DNA from: Candidatus Poribacteria bacterium
Lineage (GTDB): Bacteria > Poribacteria > WGA-4E > WGA-3G
Length of the DNA: 64,000 nt
Assembly: GCA_963665235.2 (NCBI GenBank)
Contig: CAXXLX010000001.1
Location: forward strand, 3,744,001-3,808,000
Direction: 5' to 3'
Both the position numbers and the translations under genes were made by a program. Positions 39,894 through 51,852 of the stretch are shown in pieces. Under the pieces are notes generated by a model. The model had not been told where the DNA came from and did no database searches. It saw only the letters and a list, made by a program, of their open reading frames with translations. Every line of letters starts with the position of its first letter. Positions within the stretch are counted from its first letter, which is position 1.

Positions 39894-40182
39894 TTAGAAT
39901 TACAACATCTTGCCATTAGTTTCCATAAGCCAATCGCCATAAGCCAACATTCTATAAACATTCCGCCCCGCTGGGGCTAGTTTGTGTTTTGTTTGGGCTT
40001 TCTATAAACATACCGCCCCGCTGGGGCTGCGCTTTGGCATGAGGAGCGGGGAACTGTTTTCCCGAATACTGTGTCTATTTTGGACGAGTTGTTCATGTGT
40101 GAGGAATTTAGAGAAAAATCAGAAATGCTTTGAAAATCGGGCATCAACCTCACAGATAGTGTCCAAACTATAGTGTATTTTA

Positions 40183-40335
40183 ACGCGAGTTTGAAAAAAA
40201 GGTTTTGACCTACAGCGTTCTGTGGTAGTTTTAGCAAAAAACAGCACAAACTAGGAAGTTTATGCTACAATTATACCGCTTTTTTCGCGATGAAAAAGGT
40301 TTAGAGAAAACGGATATTTATTATCAAGCTCACGT
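40183..40335. mobile_element. TA-flanked MITE (ACGTGAG ends) with one REP unit
   Basis: TA|ACGCGAGTTTGA...TCAAGCTCACGT|TA; same ends as 59170-59366. Confidence 0.8.
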
Positions 40336-40349
40336 TATTTTAACAAATT

Positions 40350-42578
40350 CTATTTAATGGCGGATGAAATAGGCACAATCCAGCCTGTTGTTTCTGCGGG
40401 TTTGTACGCATTATCGCGGAGATACGCTGAGGTGTACCATAAACAGAGATGTTTCCCATCGGGCATCCAGACGAGAGCGGTAAGCTCCAAAGCGGTGCGT
40501 GCAATCGGAAATTTCTTTCCGCTATCCATGTCGTAAATCCAGACCTTCCAGCGAATTCCTGCACAATCCTCCCGTTCCAAATATGCCAATAGGTTTCCCT
40601 TTGGGGACCACGCTGGTGCAGTATGTTTAAAAATCTTCGTTTTTGCCGATTTGTCAGCGATGTTTACAACGTGTATCCGTTTATCGAAAAATAGGTCACG
40701 CTTATTGCTCCCTGAAAGCACGTAGGCGAGCTGCGTGCCATCTGCGGACCAGCGGAGTTGATGTACATGTTGATATTGGGTGGGTATCTCTTTCACACGT
40801 TGCCCCGCTACGTTTTGAACACGGACACCAGCGTACGGAAACGTCCCGGCACTAGCCCGTTGCTGTGTTATACCAAACGCGACGTTATTTCCATCAGTTG
40901 ACCAGGCGGGTGCAGGTAAGTGGGTGTAAGCACGCCGGGGCTTTTTAAATGGCACGCGTGCAATAGTTTTACCGCCACTTCCGTCACTGTTGATGCGGTA
41001 GATGATATCGAACCCTTTTTCGCGCCATCTAAATATCAACTGATTGGCGGTTGGAGACCATGCAGCGCCTTCCCCTTTTACCAATCTTCTAGTGCGTCCG
41101 AGTTTCCAATCGAGGGTGTAGATGTACCGTTGCCGTTCTACTTCAACCTCATAAGCCAAAAGGCGGCTGTCAAGCGACCAAGAGATGTGCGGATTGAAAA
41201 ACTGTCCACTATGGAGTTTTCGTGCTTGTTTCCCTTCTTTGTCCATAATCCAGAGCTCATCGGCTTGCCAATAACTTCCACTCAGGTCGTGCCGGACCAG
41301 CATTGCGACGATTTGACCATCAGGGCTCCATTGCGGATATTCCGCGCCTGTAATCAATTGCAACGTTCGGGGGGTTTCACAGAAATTGGTATTGAACATG
41401 ACACCCGCAGTCTCTTCAAATTGGCCGATGGAGAATTTATCTATCCAAACGTTCTCCTTGTTCGGCAATTCTACCTGATACCAATCTGTTGTGGTTTGTA
41501 GAATAGACACGTTCATGCCGTCGTTAAGGCGGAATAGTGGCGTAGTTCCGGCTTTTTCCGCGTAGACCGGTGCATCGTCATGTGCGACAGTCCCGATGGG
41601 TCGGGTATCCGTTGAAGGGGGTGTGCTTTCTGTAACGTTCGCAAATGCGTAAACTTTGCCGTCGCCGGAGGTAACGTAGAGGATGCCATCGGAAATCGCT
41701 GGGGCTGCGTTAGCGAAACCGCCGGTCTGATGTGACCATACCTCCTCTTTAGATGCCACATTCAGCGCGTGGATGTTCCCATCGCGCGCGCCAATATAAA
41801 CGAAACCGTTCGCGATGATAGGGTAGCTCTGACTTCCAGCTGTGTAACCACGCCATATCTCCGCGTTGTGTTCTGGAAAAACCGGACGAAACTCCGCATT
41901 TGCACATCCGTATTCAACGCCTTCAATTCTGACTGTCCGTTTTCGCTCCGATTTAAGGGTGCCGTTTATCGCATCCAGCAGATATATGCGTGACGGAAAG
42001 GCACCGACATAAACTGTGCCCTTGGAAACAATCGGGGCTGTGGCGATCCACGTTTTTGTTTTGAACTGCCAAATAAAATCGCCTGTGGCTGCGTTGAGGG
42101 CATAGACGGTGTTGTTCCGTGTGCTGAAATAGACATATCCGCCAGAGACAGCGGCAGCTGTAGAGATAGGACTTTGGGCATTAAAAACCCATTTGATTTC
42201 CCATTTTTTGGCATTTAACGCGTAAAATTTACCGTCTGCAGAACCGATGTAAAGAATGTCGTTGACAATAACCGGTGAGGCTTCAAGCGGGCCTCCCGTT
42301 TTAAACTGCCATTGCAATTGCAGCGGCGGTTTGAGCCGCTTATCGGGGCTCTGTCCAGAAAACTGTAGGTCGTTCATGAACATAGGCCAATCCTCAACCC
42401 GCATAGGGGCGGCAGTGATGGGTGGACTGACCTCTGAGGTGCCCGCCTTTGGAGTCGGTGATGGTTTTTCTGACGGTTTTTGCTTGGTATCACAACCTAT
42501 CCCCAACACAAAACCTAACAGGACAACGAGGGTGAATTTTATAATTTGATTCATGATTTCATTAAAAGTAGTAGGCAC
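40350..42578 (-). CDS. Lipoprotein with a PQQ-like beta-propeller, an SH3-like domain and a TolB-like propeller (start probably 42554)
   Basis: LGIGC lipobox; WPMF and YIGSADGKFYALNA repeats; PxWSPDG repeats. Confidence 0.85.
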   Translation of the reverse strand: MPTTFNEIMNQIIKFTLVVLLGFVLGIGCDTKQKPSEKPSPTPKAGTSEVSPPITAAPMRVEDWPMFMNDLQFSGQSPDKRLKPPLQLQWQFKTGGPLEASPVIVNDILYIGSADGKFYALNAKKWEIKWVFNAQSPISTAAAVSGGYVYFSTRNNTVYALNAATGDFIWQFKTKTWIATAPIVSKGTVYVGAFPSRIYLLDAINGTLKSERKRTVRIEGVEYGCANAEFRPVFPEHNAEIWRGYTAGSQSYPIIANGFVYIGARDGNIHALNVASKEEVWSHQTGGFANAAPAISDGILYVTSGDGKVYAFANVTESTPPSTDTRPIGTVAHDDAPVYAEKAGTTPLFRLNDGMNVSILQTTTDWYQVELPNKENVWIDKFSIGQFEETAGVMFNTNFCETPRTLQLITGAEYPQWSPDGQIVAMLVRHDLSGSYWQADELWIMDKEGKQARKLHSGQFFNPHISWSLDSRLLAYEVEVERQRYIYTLDWKLGRTRRLVKGEGAAWSPTANQLIFRWREKGFDIIYRINSDGSGGKTIARVPFKKPRRAYTHLPAPAWSTDGNNVAFGITQQRASAGTFPYAGVRVQNVAGQRVKEIPTQYQHVHQLRWSADGTQLAYVLSGSNKRDLFFDKRIHVVNIADKSAKTKIFKHTAPAWSPKGNLLAYLEREDCAGIRWKVWIYDMDSGKKFPIARTALELTALVWMPDGKHLCLWYTSAYLRDNAYKPAETTGWIVPISSAIK

Positions 42579-42744
42579 ACGCCATATTTTGTAGTGAAAG
42601 TAGATAGTAACGAAAATCCGTTACCATTAATATAACATGTGGCCGAATATATGTCAACTTTTCTTGAAATTGTAACGAATCTGTGTTAAAATTGGATTTT
42701 CACGAACCTATTTAAGACGTTTAAAATAAACGGTGGAAAGTATT

Positions 42745-43998
42745 ATGAATAAATTATTGGCAGAAGTTGACCCACAGATTGTTGAGATTACTACCAGAGA
42801 CTTGGCACGTCAGCAAAATTCGCTGCAGATGATTCCATCGGAGAATTACGCGAGTCGGGCAGTTATGGAAATTCAGGGCAGTATCCTCGCCAATAAATAC
42901 GCTGAGGGGTACCCCGGTGAACGTTATTACAACGGCTGCGAGTTTATGGACAACGTGGAGTCGCTTGCAATTGAACGCGCAAAATCGCTGTTTGGGGCTG
43001 AACATGTGAACGTCCAGCCGCATGCGGGCACGCAGGCGAATATGGCAGCATATCACGCGCTACTTGAACCTGGGGACACTATCCTAGCGATGTCTCTCAG
43101 CCACGGCGGGCATCTGAGCCATGGGGATAAGGTCAATTTTTCCGGGCGGTATTACAATGTCATCAGTTATGGAGTAGACGCGGAAACGGAACGAATTGAC
43201 ATGGAGACGGTTTCACAGCTTGCCAAAACACACCATCCAAGGTTAATCGTTGTCGGGGCGACAGCGTATCCCCGTCAGTTCGATTTTAGCGAATGGCGAG
43301 AAGTTGCGGATTCTGTTGGGGCTTATCTGCTTGCTGATATTGCCCATATTGCTGGGCTTATCGCAGGCGACGCGCATCCCAATCCTGTTCCGTATAGCGA
43401 TGTTGTTACGACTACGACGCATAAGACTTTACGCGGTCCGAGAGGGGCGATGATAATGTGTAAATCGGAATACGCAGACAAAATCGATCGGGCGGTGTTT
43501 CCCGGTTTGCAAGGTGGGCCTTTTTTACATACAATTGCTGCAAGAGCCGTCGCTTTTAAAGAGGCGAGCGAACCGGCATTTAAAACGTATCAGGCACAAA
43601 TCGTTGAAAACGCAAAAGCCCTTGCAGGACGACTCGTCGAGAATGGATTCCGTTTGGTGAGTGGGGGAACTGATAATCATCTGATGCTGATAGATCTGAC
43701 CTCCAAGTACGAGAAATTGAGCGGCCGGCAAGCAGCGGACCACCTTGAGGATGCTGGAATTATTGTAAATAAGAACAGTATTCCGTTTGATAAAAGGAAA
43801 CCGCGGACGACAAGCGGTATCCGCCTCGGCACCCCGATGATTACAACGCGCGGGATGAAAGCGGATGAGATGGTGCAAGTTGCGGATTTTATCGCTGAGG
43901 CACTTGAGGGTAGACAGAAATCGGCTATCAAACGGGGTGTCCGGGCGAAAGTTGAAGAACTGTGTGCACAATTTCCGATTTATGAATATTTGAATTAG
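42745..43998 (+). CDS. glyA: Serine hydroxymethyltransferase
   Basis: [24 protein letters not shown] and GLQGGP motifs. Confidence 0.98.
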   Translation: MNKLLAEVDPQIVEITTRDLARQQNSLQMIPSENYASRAVMEIQGSILANKYAEGYPGERYYNGCEFMDNVESLAIERAKSLFGAEHVNVQPHAGTQANMAAYHALLEPGDTILAMSLSHGGHLSHGDKVNFSGRYYNVISYGVDAETERIDMETVSQLAKTHHPRLIVVGATAYPRQFDFSEWREVADSVGAYLLADIAHIAGLIAGDAHPNPVPYSDVVTTTTHKTLRGPRGAMIMCKSEYADKIDRAVFPGLQGGPFLHTIAARAVAFKEASEPAFKTYQAQIVENAKALAGRLVENGFRLVSGGTDNHLMLIDLTSKYEKLSGRQAADHLEDAGIIVNKNSIPFDKRKPRTTSGIRLGTPMITTRGMKADEMVQVADFIAEALEGRQKSAIKRGVRAKVEELCAQFPIYEYLN

Positions 43999-44013
43999 AG
44001 GAGCCGGCACACA

Positions 44014-45423
44014 TTGAATTACGAAGCCGCCCTTGCTTATATCGACCAGTTCATTGACTACGAAAGAAGCCGGGAGTTTGCACGGCAGACACGTCTATAT
44101 AACCTTAACCGAATTTCTCAGCTGCTGGGCCTACTCGGCAATCCGCAAAATAGGATAAAGGTTATCCATATAGCCGGGAGCAAGGGGAAGGGCTCAACAG
44201 CGGCACTCATCGCATCAGTCCTCAGGTGTGCAGGTTACAAAACGGGGTTGTTTACATCGCCGCATCTTATCACACCGCGGGAACGTTGCCGTATTGATGG
44301 GCGTTTAATTTCAGAGGAAGATGTTACCTTATATATTCTTGAGAAATTGAAATCTGCGATTGAGACTGTGTCCGATTCTGAATTCGGGCGGGTCAGTTTT
44401 TTTGAGATATACACCGCGCTGGCCTTCTGTTATTTTGCGGACAAGGCGGTAGACTTCGCCGTTGTTGAGGTTGGATTGGGCGGACGACTGGACGCAACGA
44501 ATATCGTTAGTCCTGTAACAACGGTCATTACCCCGATTGGGCTGGAGCATACGGCTATATTGGGCGAAACGTACGCTGATATCGCGGCGGAGAAGGCGGA
44601 AATTATTAAAACTAAATGCCCGGTGGCTTTTGCACCACAACACCCGGAGGCACAAGCAGTTCTGGAAAATAGGGCAACAGCACGGAACGCACCAATTGTT
44701 TATACAGGTACAATTTATAACCGCCAGATGCTTGGCGGCACGGGGGATAACAACGATTTTATAGATGTCCAGAGGGGTTTTAATGGCGATACCTTTGTAG
44801 GACAACAGTTCGATTTGAATACCAAATCGGATAACTATTTAGGTCTCACCATTCCATTTTTAGGACAGCATCAACTCGTAAACGCCGCAACCGCCATTGC
44901 TGGAATTGAATGTCTGCTACAGCAAGGATATGACGTTCCGAAGCCGAGTATCTATGATGGATTCAAGCAGGTGCAGTGGCCAGGCCGTATGCAACTAATT
45001 CAGGCAACACCTACTGCCTCCTCAACGGTTTTGCTTGATGGTGCACATTCGCCTGTTTCGATGCAGGCGTTATGCCGTGCTATTCAGGAGAGTTTTCGTT
45101 ATGAACAGCTCATTTTTATTGTTAGTCTAATGCGAGATAAAGACCTCACGGCGATTGGCAAAATCATCTCACAAACTGCTGATTCTGTGATTGTTACGCA
45201 GGTGTCCGCTGATAACCCGCGGGTGATGCCTGCTGAAACGATACGGGATGCTTGGGAGGACATATCTAAGAAGGTTACGGTGTGTCCAACCCCTGAAAAG
45301 GCGATTGCAACGGCTCTAACGTCCGCGTTGCCAGGCACACTTGTCTGCATCACAGGTTCACTCTATCTCGTCGGGGAGGCACTCAAGATATTTGGTTTTG
45401 AGGGGAGTCAAGACAGGATTTAA
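44014..45423 (+). CDS. folC: Folylpolyglutamate/dihydrofolate synthase
   Basis: GSKGKGST, TSPHL, EVGLGGRLDATN and GSLYLVG motifs. Confidence 0.96.
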   Translation: MNYEAALAYIDQFIDYERSREFARQTRLYNLNRISQLLGLLGNPQNRIKVIHIAGSKGKGSTAALIASVLRCAGYKTGLFTSPHLITPRERCRIDGRLISEEDVTLYILEKLKSAIETVSDSEFGRVSFFEIYTALAFCYFADKAVDFAVVEVGLGGRLDATNIVSPVTTVITPIGLEHTAILGETYADIAAEKAEIIKTKCPVAFAPQHPEAQAVLENRATARNAPIVYTGTIYNRQMLGGTGDNNDFIDVQRGFNGDTFVGQQFDLNTKSDNYLGLTIPFLGQHQLVNAATAIAGIECLLQQGYDVPKPSIYDGFKQVQWPGRMQLIQATPTASSTVLLDGAHSPVSMQALCRAIQESFRYEQLIFIVSLMRDKDLTAIGKIISQTADSVIVTQVSADNPRVMPAETIRDAWEDISKKVTVCPTPEKAIATALTSALPGTLVCITGSLYLVGEALKIFGFEGSQDRI

Positions 45424-45546
45424 ATTGGTTATTGGAAACCATTGGCGATTAGCAATAGGTCTCTGAGGCGTGTCGAAAACTTGCTTAGAATCAAGAACGC
45501 TTGCTATTTGCTATTTGCCATTTTACAGTTGGGTTGAACGCTGAGG

Positions 45547-45702
45547 AATCCATAAGTGTCAATTTAAATCTATAAACATATCGCCCCTACGGGGCTTAGT
45601 CTGGCCGAGGTGTGGTGTTTTCTATAAACATATCGTCCCTACGGGACTGAAGAGCTTTAGTCCTATTCGGACGAAAAATTCTTAAGTTGACACTTACGGA
45701 TT
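45547..45702. mobile_element. MITE-like element with ~21-bp TIRs carrying two family-A hairpins
   Basis: AATCCATAAGTGTCAATTTAA...TTAAGTTGACACTTACGGATT. Confidence 0.75.
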
Positions 45703-45738
45703 GAACGAAAAGAAATTCGACATCTTATCATTTTACTA

Positions 45739-46058
45739 AACTTTGGACAATTTTAGGGAGGCACAACGTTCTGGTCAAACGGATAGGTGGAAGGTTGGAA
45801 GGTTGGAAGGGTGGAAGCGGGGAAGAGGGTTTTGACGCGCAGCAGAGATATGCTTAGCATCACAACCTTCTTGCTAACTGCCAACTGCCAACGGGTTCCA
45901 ACATTCTATAAACATTCCGGCCCGCTGTGGAAACCGCCCTTTGGAAGACCCATCGGCGGAAACCATTTTTCTCTTCTTTGTCCTTGTGTGAGGCACTTAG
46001 AGAAAAATCAGAGAGGCTTTGAAAGCGGGGATTCGGCTCACGGATATTGTCCAAACTA
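45739..46058. mobile_element. TA-flanked MITE-like element with TTTGGACAA ends
   Basis: TA|AACTTTGGACAA...TTGTCCAAACTA|TA; related ends at about 36250 and 40165. Confidence 0.65.
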
Positions 46059-46128
46059 TAGTATCATTTTACAAAAAGCGAGGTTGTTTTTAATGCATGA
46101 AATCAAGTATAAAAGGGGGTGGCTGTAT

Positions 46129-48435
46129 TTGAAAACATTTTTAGTATCCCTATTTGGGATACATTTGGCCCCCCTTGCTTTTGCACAAACAGAGGCACAA
46201 ACAAAATCTTTTGAATCTATACCGCTAATGTGGTGGATTGCACCGATCGGGTCGCTTATCGCTCTGGGATTTGCCTATTACTTCTATCGTTCGGTGATGA
46301 AACAGGACGAAGGCAACGAAACAATGCAGGAAATTGCGCAAGCCGTGCGTGACGGTGCGATGGCATACCTGAAACAGCAATACAAAGTGGTAGGCATTGT
46401 TTTCGCTATACTCTGCCTCATCTTTATCTTTATGGCTTTTGTTCTTAAGGCACAAAACGAGATTATTCCGTTTGCCTTTCTCACTGGTGGGTTTTTCTCT
46501 GGGCTCTGCGGTTTTCTGGGCATGAAGACAGCAACGAACGCCTCCGCCCGGACGACAAGTGCTGCGATGAAAGGCCTTGACGCGGGGTTAAAGGTTTCCT
46601 TTCGCGCTGGCGCAGTGATGGGATTGATAGTTGTCGGCTTCGCGCTGCTTGACATAACCGCATGGTTTTTCGCGCTCTACCACCTCTTTCCGAAAGGGAC
46701 GAACCCGCTGCCTCAGATTACCGTAATTATGCTGAGCTTCGGTATGGGGGCATCGACGCAAGCACTGTTTGCTCGTGTCGGCGGTGGAATTTATACGAAA
46801 GCAGCAGATGTTGGGGCTGACCTCGTCGGCAAGGTTGAAGCCGGCATTCCAGAAGATGACCCGCGGAATCCGGCTGTCATTGCGGATAACGTCGGCGATA
46901 ATGTCGGCGATGTGGCAGGTATGGGCGCGGATCTTTACGAATCTTACGCCGGTTCTATCCTTGCGACTGCTGCCCTTGGGGTTGCAGCCGTTGCTGCCAC
47001 AGACCACGAGAACATAGCCCTTCAGTTGAAATATCTGTCAGCTCCGATGATTATCGCCGGTATAGGTGTGATTCTCTCTATTTTAGGTATCTATATGGTA
47101 CGGACAAAAGAGGGGGCATCCATGAAGCAGTTGATGAGTTCGTTGAATTTCGGCATCAACGGAAGTGCAATCGGCATTGCTGTCGTGTCGCTTCCTGTGC
47201 TTATCTATCTCGACCTTCCAAACAAATGGCAGGTTTGGGGAGCAATTGTGACGGGTCTTGTGGCGGGCTTGATTATCGGTAAAGTCACCGAAATCTTTAC
47301 CTCCCACGATTACAAACCGACACGTGCGATTGCGAAGCAGTCCGAAACCGGGCCGGCAACTGTCATCATTGAAGGGATTGCTGTCGGCATGGAATCCACA
47401 GCGATTCCTGTGCTCACGATTATTGCTGCAGTTGCTATTAGCTACTACTTGCCCGGTGGGGCGAGTGAACCGCTCATGGGGCTTTACGGTGTTGGCATTG
47501 CTGCTGTCGGGATGCTTGCTACACTCGGTATTACGTTGGCTACCGATGCTTACGGGCCCATCGCTGACAATGCTGGCGGAAATGCGGAAATGGCGAAGCT
47601 TGATGAAAGCGTTCGCGGCCGCACCGATCAGTTAGATGCACTTGGTAATACGACCGCTGCAACCGGGAAAGGGTTCGCTATCGGTTCGGCAGCACTCACG
47701 GCACTTGCACTCTTGGCTGCCTACCTAGAAGAAATCCGATACGGGTTAATTCATCTGGCAAACCAGACAGAATTGAGCATCCCCGGTGAAGGGACAGTGG
47801 AAACAGTCAAGGTGACGGTGAGTCAATTTATGGATTATTACAATGTCACCCTGATGAATCCGCAAGTGCTAATCGGTTTATTTATTGGGGCTGTGATGGC
47901 GTTTTACTTCTGTGCCTTGACGATGAAAGCTGTCGGCCGTGCTGCTGCAGCGATGGTAGAGGAGGTCCGTCGTCAATTTAGAGAAAAACCGGGTATTATG
48001 GCAGGTGAGGAAAAACCGGATTACCCGCGCTGTGTAGAAATCTCAACGGTTGGTGCGCAGCGGGAGATGATTTTTCCCTCCCTTATTGCCATTGTCGTGC
48101 CGGTTGTTGTTGGATTGATTTTCAATGTGGCGGGTGTGTTGGGTTTACTTGCTGGCGGACTGGCAACAGGCTTCGTACTCGCGATTATGATGGCGAACGC
48201 GGGCGGTGCATGGGATAACGCCAAAAAGTTTATTGAATTAGGGGAATTCGGTGGTAAAGGCTCCGAGCAGCACAAAGCGACTGTTGTGGGCGATACCGTC
48301 GGCGACCCGTTCAAAGATACTTCAGGCCCTTCGCTTAATATTCTAATTAAGTTGATGTCCATGGTCTCTGTGGTGTTTGCTGGCCTTATTGCGAAATATG
48401 GTGGTGTGCTCAGCAGTTTGCTCGGCATACAATAA
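46129..48435 (+). CDS. hppA: Membrane-bound K+-dependent ion-pumping pyrophosphatase (Na+,H+-PPase-like)
   Basis: [26 protein letters not shown] and GDPFKDT motifs; TTG start at 46129 inferred. Confidence 0.95.
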   Translation: MKTFLVSLFGIHLAPLAFAQTEAQTKSFESIPLMWWIAPIGSLIALGFAYYFYRSVMKQDEGNETMQEIAQAVRDGAMAYLKQQYKVVGIVFAILCLIFIFMAFVLKAQNEIIPFAFLTGGFFSGLCGFLGMKTATNASARTTSAAMKGLDAGLKVSFRAGAVMGLIVVGFALLDITAWFFALYHLFPKGTNPLPQITVIMLSFGMGASTQALFARVGGGIYTKAADVGADLVGKVEAGIPEDDPRNPAVIADNVGDNVGDVAGMGADLYESYAGSILATAALGVAAVAATDHENIALQLKYLSAPMIIAGIGVILSILGIYMVRTKEGASMKQLMSSLNFGINGSAIGIAVVSLPVLIYLDLPNKWQVWGAIVTGLVAGLIIGKVTEIFTSHDYKPTRAIAKQSETGPATVIIEGIAVGMESTAIPVLTIIAAVAISYYLPGGASEPLMGLYGVGIAAVGMLATLGITLATDAYGPIADNAGGNAEMAKLDESVRGRTDQLDALGNTTAATGKGFAIGSAALTALALLAAYLEEIRYGLIHLANQTELSIPGEGTVETVKVTVSQFMDYYNVTLMNPQVLIGLFIGAVMAFYFCALTMKAVGRAAAAMVEEVRRQFREKPGIMAGEEKPDYPRCVEISTVGAQREMIFPSLIAIVVPVVVGLIFNVAGVLGLLAGGLATGFVLAIMMANAGGAWDNAKKFIELGEFGGKGSEQHKATVVGDTVGDPFKDTSGPSLNILIKLMSMVSVVFAGLIAKYGGVLSSLLGIQ

Positions 48436-48682
48436 AAAAGGGAGTAGGCATACACAGAATGCGGTTCAACCCACATAATGAAATTAGAGAGTGCAACCGC
48501 ATAATTTTTCATTGCACAAACTAAGTTTTTAAGGTATCCTTATAGGATAAAGTAGGGTTCCAGGTTAATCAACCCCGTTTTGTAAACCTTATTTTCAAAC
48601 TCACGTTATTAAGAAAACTAATATGTAGGAGCGATTTTCCAATCGCGACTGCCGAAAACTGACAACAAAAAGGAGTTTTAAC

Positions 48683-49264
48683 ATGTTATTTCAAAAAATA
48701 GGTAGAGTAGCACTCTGCCTCCTGATTGCCCTATTCGTAATAGGATGTGAGCAGATGAACATTATGAACGGAACTGGCAATGGTAATGGTGATGATGACA
48801 GTGTCTCTGTTACACCCGGGGATGTCCCGGACGATGACACCAAATTGGTTGGAAATGTCGTCATTTTGACTGGGGACGATGATGTCGATGATATCGATCA
48901 GTATGGCGGCGATGTTTTTGATTTCAATAGTGCGACAATAGAAGGTGACACCCTTACAGTCGCTGTATCGTACGGCGGGGGTTGTGAAACACACACATTC
49001 ACCCTCCTTGCGGAACCTGAGTTCGATACTGAATTTCCCGGTGGTCCTGCAATCGGTTTCTCAATTGCTCACAATGCCAACGGTGATATGTGTCAGCGAT
49101 GGGTAGAAGAATCGTATCACTTCGATCTTACGCCAATTAAACAGAAATATCAGGCGGAACACGCGGCCGCGGGAGCTATTCGCCTATTAATAGCAGCCGA
49201 TCCGACTGTCACTTTCTCTCAGGGTGCTCCCCCTACCGATCTGACCTACAGTTTTTCAGAGTAG
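48683..49264 (+). CDS. Lipoprotein of unknown function, paralog 1
   Basis: FVIGC lipobox; VSYGGGC...HNANGDxC. Confidence 0.85.
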   Translation: MLFQKIGRVALCLLIALFVIGCEQMNIMNGTGNGNGDDDSVSVTPGDVPDDDTKLVGNVVILTGDDDVDDIDQYGGDVFDFNSATIEGDTLTVAVSYGGGCETHTFTLLAEPEFDTEFPGGPAIGFSIAHNANGDMCQRWVEESYHFDLTPIKQKYQAEHAAAGAIRLLIAADPTVTFSQGAPPTDLTYSFSE

Positions 49265-49438
49265 CTCAACTGTCAACAACGTGCCAGCTACGACATAACA
49301 GCAGGTGCCCGCTACTATCATAAGTGGGAACCTGCTACTATTGCCAAGGGATTAAGGTATACTATTAAGAACATTAATTTACAGGAAGCGAGCTTCCGAG
49401 CGCGACTGCTGAAAACTGACAACAAAAGGAATTTCAAC

Positions 49439-50029
49439 ATGTTATTTGAAAAGATAGGTAGAGTAGCACTCTGTCTCCTGGTCGTCCTATTCGTAATAGG
49501 ATGTGAAAAGACGCCCACTAAAATTATAGATGAAACTGACAATGACGATGATGACACTGTCTCTGTTACCCCTGGGGATCTCCCGGACGATGATACCAAA
49601 TTGGTTGGAAATGTCGTCATTTTGACTGGGAACGATGCGGTCGATGATATCGATCAGTATGGCGGCGATACTTTTGATTTCAATAGTGCGAAAATAGAAG
49701 GTGACACGCTTACAGTTGCTGTATCGTACGGTGGGGGTTGTGAAACACACGTATTCACCCTCCTTGTGGAACCCGACTTCATTCCTGACTTCACCGACGA
49801 TGGACCTGGAATCGGTTTCTCAATTTTTCATAATGCCAACGGTGATGCCTGTGAGGCATGGTTAACTGAATCGTATCACTTTGATCTTACGTCAATTAAA
49901 GAGAAGTATCAAGCGGAATACAATCAGGATGCAGGAGCTATTAGCCTATTACTAGCAGCCGATGCGACTGTCAAATTCCCACAGGGTGCCCCCCTCCCTA
50001 CTGATCTTGTCTACGAATTTACAGAGTAG
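49439..50029 (+). CDS. Lipoprotein of unknown function, paralog 2
   Basis: Highly similar to 48683-49264 at DNA and protein level. Confidence 0.85.
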   Translation: MLFEKIGRVALCLLVVLFVIGCEKTPTKIIDETDNDDDDTVSVTPGDLPDDDTKLVGNVVILTGNDAVDDIDQYGGDTFDFNSAKIEGDTLTVAVSYGGGCETHVFTLLVEPDFIPDFTDDGPGIGFSIFHNANGDACEAWLTESYHFDLTSIKEKYQAEYNQDAGAISLLLAADATVKFPQGAPLPTDLVYEFTE

Positions 50030-50118
50030 TTCAGCCCAGCTACCGGATAACAGCAGGTCCCCGCTCCTATCATAAGTGGGCACCTGCTGCTATTGCAATT
50101 GTTAGGAAAATAGAATTA

Positions 50119-51798
50119 ATGTCAAATACACTGAAACCTCGAAGTTCTGTGATTACGGATGGGCCTGACCGCGCCGCCGCGCGGACCATGCTTATGTTCG
50201 GCGATGGTGGCTTGTCACCAGAAGACCTTGACAAACCGATTATCGGGGTTGCCAATACATGGATTGAGATCGGCCCTTGTAACTTCCACTTGAGACGGCT
50301 GGCTGCGAAGGTCAAACAGGGCATTCGCGATGCTGGCGGTACACCGCTTGAATTCAACACTGTCAGTATTTCCGACGGTATCACAATGGGAACAGAGGGC
50401 ATGAAAACCTCACTTATCAGCCGGGAAGTCATTGCGGATTCCATTGAGCTGGTTTCCATCGGCAACATGTTTGATGCTGTTGTCGCGCTTTGTGGTTGCG
50501 ATAAGACTGTTCCCGGCACCGTTATGGCCTTGGCACGTTTGGACGTTCCCTCCCTTACGCTCTACGGCGGTTCAATTATGCCGGGCAATTTTCAGGGACG
50601 CGATGTCACTATTCAAGATGTTTTTGAAGCAGTTGGGCAGCATGCCGAAGGCAGCATCACCGTCGAAGAATTGGACGACCTGATTAGCAAAGGGTGCCCT
50701 GGCCCCGGTGCATGCGGGGGACAGTTCACCGCGAACACAATGGCGACGGCTGTTGAGATGTTAGGTATTGCACCGATGGGAAGCGGAAGTGTCCCTGCTG
50801 TGGCAGACGAAAAAGATAAGGAGGCGTACAAAGCGGGCCAGCTTGTTATGGAGATGCTCGCAGCTGATCGCCGCCCGAGTCAAATTATCACACGCAAGTC
50901 GCTTGAAAACGCTATTACCTCGGTTGCTGCTACAGGCGGCTCTACGAACGGGGTTTTACATCTCCTTGCGATTGCACATGAGGCGCAAATTCCGTTGGCA
51001 CTTGAGGATTTTCATACAATTAGCCAAAGAACCCCAGTACTGGCAGATCTGAAGCCCGGTGGACAGTTTGTCGCCACCGATTTGTATGAAGCGGGGGGTA
51101 TTCCGTTCCTAGCGAAACGGCTTGCGGAAGCTGATTTGCTCCACACCGAGGAGCTGACTGTTACAGGAAAAACTATCGGGGCAGAGGCAAATGCCGCCAC
51201 TGAAACGGAAGGACAACAGGTTGTTAGGCCGGTAGATGCGCCACTCAAACCGACCGGCGGGTTTGCTATCCTGAGAGGTAACCTTGCACCGGATGGCTGT
51301 GTTATCAAGCTGGCGGGGCAGGATAAAACGCTCCATCGTGGACCGGCGCGTATTTTTGAACGCGAAGAGGACACCTTCGCTGCCATTAAAGGTGGCAAAA
51401 TTCAGCCTGGGGATGTTGTCGTTATCCGTTATGAGGGCCCTACGGGAGGGCCGGGGATGCGTGAGATGTTAGGGGTGACGGCTGCAATTGTCGGGGCAGG
51501 TTTAAGTGAAGATGTGGCACTCTTGACCGATGGCAGATTCTCCGGGGCAACCCACGGTTTTATGATTTGTCATGTCGCGCCTGAAGCCGCTACGGGGGGA
51601 CCTATTGCTATTCTTCAGGAGGGGGACGAAATCGTGATCGACGCGGCAGCACGCCGACTTGACGTTGTGCTCTCCGATGCTGAAATCCAAGCGCGTTTTG
51701 CGAAATGGACACCGCCTGAACCTCGCTATACACGGGGTGTCATGGCGAAATACGCTAACTCGGTTTCGTCTGCATCTGAAGGGGCGGTAACAGGATAA
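50119..51798 (+). CDS. ilvD: Dihydroxy-acid dehydratase
   Basis: [29 protein letters not shown] and TDGRFSG motifs. Confidence 0.97.
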   Translation: MSNTLKPRSSVITDGPDRAAARTMLMFGDGGLSPEDLDKPIIGVANTWIEIGPCNFHLRRLAAKVKQGIRDAGGTPLEFNTVSISDGITMGTEGMKTSLISREVIADSIELVSIGNMFDAVVALCGCDKTVPGTVMALARLDVPSLTLYGGSIMPGNFQGRDVTIQDVFEAVGQHAEGSITVEELDDLISKGCPGPGACGGQFTANTMATAVEMLGIAPMGSGSVPAVADEKDKEAYKAGQLVMEMLAADRRPSQIITRKSLENAITSVAATGGSTNGVLHLLAIAHEAQIPLALEDFHTISQRTPVLADLKPGGQFVATDLYEAGGIPFLAKRLAEADLLHTEELTVTGKTIGAEANAATETEGQQVVRPVDAPLKPTGGFAILRGNLAPDGCVIKLAGQDKTLHRGPARIFEREEDTFAAIKGGKIQPGDVVVIRYEGPTGGPGMREMLGVTAAIVGAGLSEDVALLTDGRFSGATHGFMICHVAPEAATGGPIAILQEGDEIVIDAAARRLDVVLSDAEIQARFAKWTPPEPRYTRGVMAKYANSVSSASEGAVTG

Positions 51799-51852
51799 AG
51801 GGCGCGCCGCATGTTCAGTGAGCTTGATAATAAATGTCCGCTTGCACTAACC

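Noticed and set aside
45787-46128. N-terminal extension of HppA
   Set aside because: It translates intergenic repeat and MITE sequence; the real start is likely near 46129.
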